Source: a virus. From it: a DNA stretch of 64,000 nt. The position numbers and the translations under genes were made by a program. A model generated the notes under the pieces. The model saw nothing but the letters and a program-made list of their open reading frames with translations, searched no databases and was not told the origin of the DNA. Position 1 is the stretch's first letter. Each line of letters begins with the position of its first letter. The stretch lies in the IMG/VR virus record IMGVR_UViG_3300018876_000008, positions 32,001 through 96,000 of that record; one strand, given 5' to 3'. Of the stretch, positions 58,171-64,000 are shown piece after piece.

Positions 58171-58458
58171 CCCACTTTCTACCACTTTTGTAAGTCTAAA
58201 TAAGACCTTATTCGTTGAGGTCATTTTGTCATAGTTTTAAAAAAGTAGTCCTACAGATACGTTGAGGTATACTTATTTAAACCTATAAGACTACGTCTCC
58301 CCCGCTTATGGGATTAATACTATATTATTTACTGGAAATTAGACATAGTAATTTATTACCCTCTACAAACCCCTAAACAGGGATTTATTGTCGATTTCAT
58401 CGGTGAAATCAGGGATTTTCTTATTTTACACTATTACAGGATGGTGGTAGAAAGTGGG
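58171..58458. repeat. 15-bp perfect inverted repeat
   Basis: cccactttctaccac (58171-58185) and gtggtagaaagtggg (58444-58458). Confidence 0.85.
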
Positions 58459-58672
58459 GAAAGGGACTGTGCTGTGTGTAACGTCCACATGACATTCTGA
58501 CAAATCCAAATAAATTAGTAAAAAGTTTTCAACAAAATATCCCCTGACACCCTGTCAGAGGTAATTTATAAAAAGTTATCAACAATTTTAATGTGTACCA
58601 AAACGGGACCATAATAAAAAGTTATTAACATATGGTGTTCACAACTCTCCAAAGGGTGATATATTTATTAGT

Positions 58673-58984
58673 ATGAAAGAAATCAGGGAGTTCATAGAAG
58701 AGAGTTTCACCCCAAGGGTAGATGAAGACATGAATGGTGTTAAGGTAATATTCTCCTCAACGGTAGGGGAAGGGACCATTTGGTTTGAACCTGCCAAGAG
58801 AGGGTGGAATAGAAAACCCTTATCCACAAATCAATATATCATTGTGGATGCTGACCTGACCCATGTGTTAACATTCTTAAATAGATACTACCAACTCAAC
58901 GAGGAGAACTACCACGACATAAGAAGAATGTTTATCCAGCTCGGAATGGATATGGTAGACAAACATACCAAGGGGGAAGATTAA
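58673..58984 (+). CDS. Hypothetical protein
   Basis: 103 aa; ATATTTAT at 58661-58668, 4 nt before the ATG. Confidence 0.65.
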   Translation: MKEIREFIEESFTPRVDEDMNGVKVIFSSTVGEGTIWFEPAKRGWNRKPLSTNQYIIVDADLTHVLTFLNRYYQLNEENYHDIRRMFIQLGMDMVDKHTKGED

Positions 58985-59740
58985 ATTGTTAATAAATAAC
59001 TCCCCTAAAATTTGGTAGTCTCAAAAAAAAGTGGTACCTTTAGGGTGGTATGAGGGAGGGTAGTATACCAAACAAATCCCCCACACTCTAAAGCATCAAC
59101 ACAAAGATACAACAATCTTTTTTAATACACAACTTGTATGGTAACTTTTTTTTCCTTATCTTTGTTATGTAATATCTCACAAGGATAGGACCGAGTAGAC
59201 TCCAACCTGCCTTATACTTTCCTTCCCCCTAAACTCCAGGGCATCAGTACAAAGATACGAATAATAATTGACACTGCCAAATCCCCACACCATAAAGTTA
59301 TTAACATGACATAATGACTGTTGATAACTTTCCCCACATATATTTGGATATTAACTTGTTCTGACATGACTCCCATAGATGAGGTCTCAGCTATTCCCCC
59401 CCTATATGGGGGTAGGGGTTAAAATACCTTAGGAACCCCCCCTTATGGGGTCCCCCCTCCCTGTATGGGTCCCGTATCCCCCCTCCCCCTGGGGGTGTTT
59501 TGGGGTCCAAAAGGGGGTTCAATCCCGTAAATAAAATATGTACAGATTTCTATATAAAAATGTTTATAAAAATTTTTGGGAAAATTTGGAACTATTTACC
59601 CTTGTTCTATGTATGAGAGTAAATGTTACTTGTGTTTTCTAAAAGGGGACCCCTTATTGAAAAAGGGTCCCAAATGTTGAAACAAAATTTCTGGAAAATT
59701 TTTTGGTAAAATTGGATATTTATTATTAAACGAAATTATT

Positions 59741-60058
59741 ATGGGACAAAGAATAACAATAACAGAAGAACAAAAGGAACATCTACTTGGGATGCATGGT
59801 TTAAATGAACAACCATCTACAGGTTTTGAACGTAGTCTTGAACGTAGTCTTGAGAAAGATATTCCTAAAGGAGAGAAGATAGGTTTTTTGAGTGATGGTG
59901 AATTCAAAGACTTAATTGAAAAACTATCAAAGTGTGTAGATGAAGATGGGTTAAACAAAATGAAAAGATTAAGACCTGAACAGAAAAAGGAATTTGTTGA
60001 GAGAATGGAAATGGCTCTTGGTATTCACATTGATAGACCAGATAGGTCAAAGGGATAG
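59741..60058 (+). CDS. Phage protein with ITITEEQ leader
   Basis: ATATTTAT at 59716-59723; contains a 12-bp tandem repeat (59826-59853). Confidence 0.7.
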   Translation: MGQRITITEEQKEHLLGMHGLNEQPSTGFERSLERSLEKDIPKGEKIGFLSDGEFKDLIEKLSKCVDEDGLNKMKRLRPEQKKEFVERMEMALGIHIDRPDRSKG

Positions 60059-60082
60059 AATATAAGATATAATATTATTTAT

Positions 60083-60115
60083 AAACCCTCGCATTGTTGT
60101 GAGGGTTTTCTTTTT
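60083..60115 (+). terminator. Intrinsic terminator
   Basis: aaaccctcgca-ttgt-tgtgagggttt followed by a T-rich tail. Confidence 0.8.
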
Positions 60116-60144
60116 CTAAGATATTTATGTATAAATAGAATATT

Positions 60145-60753
60145 ATGAGTTGTCCAAGTAAAGAACAGATAGAGTTTACAGTTAAATCCAAAGGGTATAA
60201 ATGGTTTGAGAGTGGTAACTACAATGTTAATATTGTTGGAGTTAGGAATTCTTCTACTTTGAATGATGTTACCAACCAATTTGATGATTGTATGACAATT
60301 AGTTATATGGTTAATGGGATTTGGAATTATAATTGTTTTAAATGTACCACCGACCCTGGTCGTTATTGGGTTGAGGACCCGATGAATGATTCGGGGTGTG
60401 CTATTTTAAAACCTGGCCAATACAGGGGAGCGTATCAAGTTGGATTACATAAGAATGATTATGAGGCTTTGTGTCAGGTTAAACCTGTTGAAGTATATAG
60501 AGACAATGATTTGGATGACGAATATGATTTGAATGATGCCACCGTTCAACGTGGATTGTTTGGTATTAATATACATAGAGCTACTTCCATCCCTGGTAAT
60601 GTTTCCACTCAGATTGATAAATGGTCTGCGGGGTGTCAGGTGATTGCTTCTTATGATGAATACCAAATCTTTATGTCCATTTGTAATGCTGCCAAAAACA
60701 TATGGGGTAATTCATTCACCTATACTCTTATAAATTCGGATGATTTATTATAA
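60145..60753 (+). CDS. L,D-transpeptidase (YkuD)-like peptidoglycan enzyme
   Basis: GINIH...WSAGCQV His/Cys motif; TTDPG, GQY, GLH; ATATTTAT at 60121-60128. Confidence 0.6.
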   Translation: MSCPSKEQIEFTVKSKGYKWFESGNYNVNIVGVRNSSTLNDVTNQFDDCMTISYMVNGIWNYNCFKCTTDPGRYWVEDPMNDSGCAILKPGQYRGAYQVGLHKNDYEALCQVKPVEVYRDNDLDDEYDLNDATVQRGLFGINIHRATSIPGNVSTQIDKWSAGCQVIASYDEYQIFMSICNAAKNIWGNSFTYTLINSDDLL

Positions 60754-60758
60754 CCTGT

Positions 60759-61085
60759 ATGGTAAACGTTAAAGATATACTCGATAAATTAATTGATGGT
60801 TTGTATGTTGATGTTGTGGATGGTCTTCTTAAAGACTATGTTATTAAACAATATCCCAACAAAGGTCCCCTTGTTGTTCATGCGTTATTGAATAATGATA
60901 CCTATTGGAAGGATGGACCCAATGGTAACGGTGGATGGTACAATCTTAAAGAGATGAAAGAAAGAATAGGTAATCTTATGAGGTATGTAAACCTTGAAGT
61001 TGTTGATGTTGAGGTTGTTCCTTACTTTGATAATTCTCCTGAGGATATGTTAGAATGGGAAAAATTAATTAGTGATGAAAGATAA
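60759..61085 (+). CDS. Hypothetical protein
   Basis: 108 aa; probable paralog of the next ORF. Confidence 0.65.
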   Translation: MVNVKDILDKLIDGLYVDVVDGLLKDYVIKQYPNKGPLVVHALLNNDTYWKDGPNGNGGWYNLKEMKERIGNLMRYVNLEVVDVEVVPYFDNSPEDMLEWEKLISDER

Positions 61086-61398
61086 ATATAAAACGGTCCG
61101 TTCTGTGATTGATAATTTATTGGATGAACATACTAAAGACCTCATCAAAGATTATCACGTTGAAATCGTCCCATTTGTTGGGGATTCTTTTAGTGTCAAT
61201 CTTTATGTGTTGATTGATTCGGAGTATTATAACTCTTACGATTCCATAACCAAGTATTCTCAGATAATTCAGATGGATAAAAACCTTAAAGCCATTATGA
61301 AATACGTTTCTCCACTAAAATATGAGAGGTATCTTTTTATGGACGATAACCCCGAACAAGTGAAAAGATACCACAAAATTATCGGTCAGACAGAATAA
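61072..61398 (+). CDS. Hypothetical protein
   Basis: 108 aa; probable paralog of the previous ORF. Confidence 0.65.
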   Translation: MMKDKYKTVRSVIDNLLDEHTKDLIKDYHVEIVPFVGDSFSVNLYVLIDSEYYNSYDSITKYSQIIQMDKNLKAIMKYVSPLKYERYLFMDDNPEQVKRYHKIIGQTE

Positions 61399-61428
61399 AA
61401 AAAACCCCAACTATTAAGAAGGGGTTTC
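61397..61428. terminator. Possible bidirectional terminator
   Basis: aaacccc...ggggttt between convergent genes, with an A run on the left. Confidence 0.55.
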
Positions 61429-61448
61429 TAATTGTGACAGATTTGGTT

Positions 61449-61868
61449 TTACTCGCCAATAATATACTTCCATGAATCATTAATTTCTTCCATTAATGTT
61501 TCCTCGTTATATGTATCTGAGTGTAATCCTGATGCGATGGTTAAACGATATCTCTCAATGAACAATTTCTTGTTATCATTATCAAGGTTTTCGAATTCTT
61601 CCATCCACCATCTTCCAAAGTCCATTAACCATTCATCAATATCTTCATAGAACTCTTTTTCACTTTCCTCAAGGTTATTGTACTCTTCGGTTAGTGATTC
61701 GTATCTATCAGGGAAGGCTTCTCGAAACCATTCTCCCATTAATGATTCGATAGTAATAGTCATGTCTTCGTGTAAGTATGCGAAATCAAGCATTCCCCAT
61801 AAGTTTTCATCCAGTTTCTTCAACTGTCCGTCTAAATCTGACTCGTCAATGTAAAATCTCTGTGGCAT
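61449..61868 (-). CDS. Very acidic hypothetical protein
   Basis: 139 aa, D/E- and W-rich. Confidence 0.7.
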   Translation of the reverse strand: MPQRFYIDESDLDGQLKKLDENLWGMLDFAYLHEDMTITIESLMGEWFREAFPDRYESLTEEYNNLEESEKEFYEDIDEWLMDFGRWWMEEFENLDNDNKKLFIERYRLTIASGLHSDTYNEETLMEEINDSWKYIIGE

Positions 61869-62096
61869 AATATTATTTTTTATTAATTAGTTAATTGTAT
61901 AAAATTTTATTTAATCTTTGGTAGTATAATATAAAATTAATTTTAATAAGACAAGTCATCTATTAAAGTTTTTTGAAATATATATATTTGATGGAAAAAA
62001 GAAAAATAGATATTAGTAAGAGTTTATACGTAACAATTATGGTTGTGGTTTACATTTTATCAATTTAATGATATTTATAAATAAAAACGGTTTAAG

Positions 62097-62735
62097 ATGA
62101 AAAAAGTAATTAAATTAACAGAATCTGATTTAGAAAATATTATCCAAAAAGTTCTTACTGAAAAGACTATGGGAGAAGTGCCAGGTGAACATCCACTATG
62201 TAAAGTTAAGTGTAAGAAAAAAGTATTAGGTAAAGGTAATGTCGGTGTCGATGTTAAAATGGTACAAAGTGCTTTATCTAAGTGTGGATTTAACAAAGAA
62301 AAAGAAGGTGGTGGTATGAACGCCGGTTGTGGTAAAGACTACAAAAAATGTGACGGTAAGTTTGATGTTGAAACTCAAAAAGCTGTTCGTGAATTTCAAA
62401 AAGATAGAGGTATTACAATCGATGGACTTGTTGGACCAAGAACATTAGAAGAATTGACAAAAGGTCAAGACTCGTGTTTGGCACCTTTCAAATGTAACTG
62501 TAAACAAAAAACAAGAGGAGACAAAGAGGGTACTATTCCCGGCACAGGTGTTGTTCCCGCTCCAGGAGATAAGGTTTCAATAAGTTGTAAGAAATCAATA
62601 TCATGTTTTGAAAAACATAAAGACGCATGTGGATTAGCTAAATGTTTAGGAATATGTATACCTGACAATATGTGTAGTACTAAGAAAGATTATCCAATTA
62701 GTGACTTCCCACCAAAATATAGATTTGACGTTTAA
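62097..62735 (+). CDS. Cys-rich peptidoglycan-binding-domain protein with LTESDL leader
   Basis: DVKMVQSAL...DGKFDVETQKAVREFQKDRGITIDGLVGPRT; ATATTTAT at 62071-62078. Confidence 0.8.
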   Translation: MKKVIKLTESDLENIIQKVLTEKTMGEVPGEHPLCKVKCKKKVLGKGNVGVDVKMVQSALSKCGFNKEKEGGGMNAGCGKDYKKCDGKFDVETQKAVREFQKDRGITIDGLVGPRTLEELTKGQDSCLAPFKCNCKQKTRGDKEGTIPGTGVVPAPGDKVSISCKKSISCFEKHKDACGLAKCLGICIPDNMCSTKKDYPISDFPPKYRFDV

Positions 62736-62754
62736 CGACAATATTTAATAGATT

Positions 62755-62790
62755 AAAAACCCTCATAGAAATATGGGGGTTTTATTTTTA
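62755..62790 (+). terminator. Intrinsic terminator
   Basis: aaaaccctcata-GAAA-tatgggggtttt. Confidence 0.8.
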
Positions 62791-62806
62791 TAAGATATTT
62801 ATAGAT

Positions 62807-63274
62807 ATGGAGTTCAACGTATTCAAAGATAAATTTAGTAAAGTGATTTTCTTAGTCACTGCAATTGGTGCAACTATTACACTAATCAACTATGTTGGTC
62901 CTGTTATTAATTATGCTAATGATTTAAATGACCTTGTTCAACAGTATGAACAAATAAATGAATCCTTAGAAAGAATGGACAAACATATTGACCAATACGA
63001 ACAAGATAGGTCTAATAAGAAAAAAAGTTTTTCAATCGGACTGAGAAGTGATACAGAATCGGGTCAAGTTATTTATGTTGATGAAAATAATGGTATTTAT
63101 AGAGCCTTTTTAGATAAGACAACTAAGCAGTATTTTTATTATGATATTGAAGGTATTGCTGTTTACTGTTATACAAAAAAACCAGTGAGAGGTGAGGAAC
63201 GTCACGTTGAGATTAAACCTCTTATTATTCCTGATACTGTTATTATTAATAACTTAGATTCAATACAGAGGTAG
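62807..63274 (+). CDS. Membrane-anchored coiled-coil protein
   Basis: N-terminal TM, then coiled coil; ATATTTAT at 62795-62802. Confidence 0.7.
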   Translation: MEFNVFKDKFSKVIFLVTAIGATITLINYVGPVINYANDLNDLVQQYEQINESLERMDKHIDQYEQDRSNKKKSFSIGLRSDTESGQVIYVDENNGIYRAFLDKTTKQYFYYDIEGIAVYCYTKKPVRGEERHVEIKPLIIPDTVIINNLDSIQR

Positions 63275-63317
63275 GTTTTTCCATTTAACCGATATTTATT
63301 AATAAAACAATTAGACT

Positions 63318-63782
63318 ATGAAACATTTATTAAATGACATGAGCCAAGATGAAATGAATTCTATTCGTGAACAACATACTGGCGGTAAAGAATTAACAAT
63401 TGAGAATTTCTCAGAAATGGTTAACAAAAAATTAGGAGAAGTACCAACATTAGTTACTGAATCAGAATTAGAAGAACAAGGTTTAGGTGCTAGAATGAGA
63501 GCTAATAAAGAAGCTAGAAAACAATCTAAAGAAGCTAACAGAAAATACGATAATTGGGCACGTTCTAAAGGTAAAATACTTTCATACAACCGTGATTTTA
63601 TTAAACGTATTGGTAAATTTCAGGAACAACTAAAAAAAGATTACGTTATTGGTGACAGTTTAAAACTTAGTAAAGATTCACAAATGTTTGAAAAATATCT
63701 TAAAAGTGTTGACGATATGAGAAAGACTTTACAGGCCGCTGAAGAACAAATCAAAAAGTTAGAATTCGACCCTAACAAGTAA
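63318..63782 (+). CDS. Phage protein with IREQH leader
   Basis: MKHLLNDMSQDEMNSIREQH...LVTESELEEQ; ATATTTAT at 63292-63299. Confidence 0.75.
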   Translation: MKHLLNDMSQDEMNSIREQHTGGKELTIENFSEMVNKKLGEVPTLVTESELEEQGLGARMRANKEARKQSKEANRKYDNWARSKGKILSYNRDFIKRIGKFQEQLKKDYVIGDSLKLSKDSQMFEKYLKSVDDMRKTLQAAEEQIKKLEFDPNK

Positions 63783-63864
63783 TGACTTGGAAAATTCTTT
63801 TCCTTTTTAGTCTTATAATTATAATTTATGGTTATTGGGTAGATTCCAAACACGAATAATTATT

Positions 63865-64000
63865 ATGAAAAACTTACTTAAGATAGATGAGTCCGAGAAA
63901 AAAAGAATCTTAGGATTACATGAAAATGTTTTACCTAAAAAGGTAAACCTATCTGAACAATGGTGGGAAGAAGAACCACCAAAAGATAAGTGGCAATTAC
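63865..64000 (+). CDS. 3'-partial phage protein with IDESEKKRIL leader
   Basis: MKNLLKIDESEKKRILGLHENVLPKKVNLSEQWW... runs off the window. Confidence 0.7.
   Translation, partial: MKNLLKIDESEKKRILGLHENVLPKKVNLSEQWWEEEPPKDKWQL

Larger units (their letters stand above)
57900..59720. other. Probable replication origin / control region
   Basis: Largest mostly non-coding stretch. Contains DnaA-box-like 9-mers, palindromes, C/G runs and promoters on both strands; the flanking gene blocks point away from it. Confidence 0.55.

Noticed and set aside
59510-59530. GGGGGTTCAATCCC as a tRNA T-arm (also GGTTCGA near 41398)
   Set aside because: No acceptor, D or anticodon arms can be built; no tRNA genes were found in the window.
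61991-62068. 25-aa hydrophobic micro-ORF after TATATTTG
   Set aside because: Too short to support from sequence alone.
1-64000. Giant eukaryotic virus (NCLDV) or eukaryotic origin, suggested by collagens, PLOD, GSII and LRR
   Set aside because: Peptidoglycan enzymes, lipoboxes, Bacteroidota-type promoters, intrinsic terminators, coupled operons and S74 tail chaperones indicate a bacteriophage.
1-64000. Stop-codon reassignment
   Set aside because: Known genes are full length in code 11, and TAA, TAG and TGA all end genes at sensible positions.

Overview
AT-rich, densely coding 64-kb segment, most likely from a jumbo bacteriophage of a Bacteroidota (Flavobacteria-like) host. The evidence is TTTG/TAnnTTTG host-type promoters, A-rich leaders without Shine-Dalgarno sites, intrinsic terminators, peptidoglycan enzymes, an Hc1-like histone and genetic code 11. 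It carries three giant Lys-rich collagen-like fibre genes with S74 chaperone tails. It also encodes DnaJ, two DNA methyltransferases, glutamine synthetase II, Trx/Grx, ThyA, DHFR, RmlC/RmlD, a GT11 enzyme, a lysozyme and many phage hypotheticals. The top candidate for a new system is an apparently split PLOD (procollagen lysyl hydroxylase/glycosyltransferase) pathway: a GT+accessory-domain gene (8777-10210) and a separate 2OG-Fe(II) hydroxylase gene (57228-57869), matched to fibres full of X-Lys-Gly triplets. Other highlights are: an ~820-nt GOLLD-like structured ncRNA with rRNA-operon-style tandem promoters and boxB/boxA; an ATATTTAT putative late promoter upstream of ~20 genes, many of whose products share an N-terminal [ILV]xE leader (possible capsid-packaged cargo); a catalytically degenerate MetK-like protein; and a probable replication origin at ~58-59.7 kb. 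All family assignments come from motif recognition by eye; no database searches were run.
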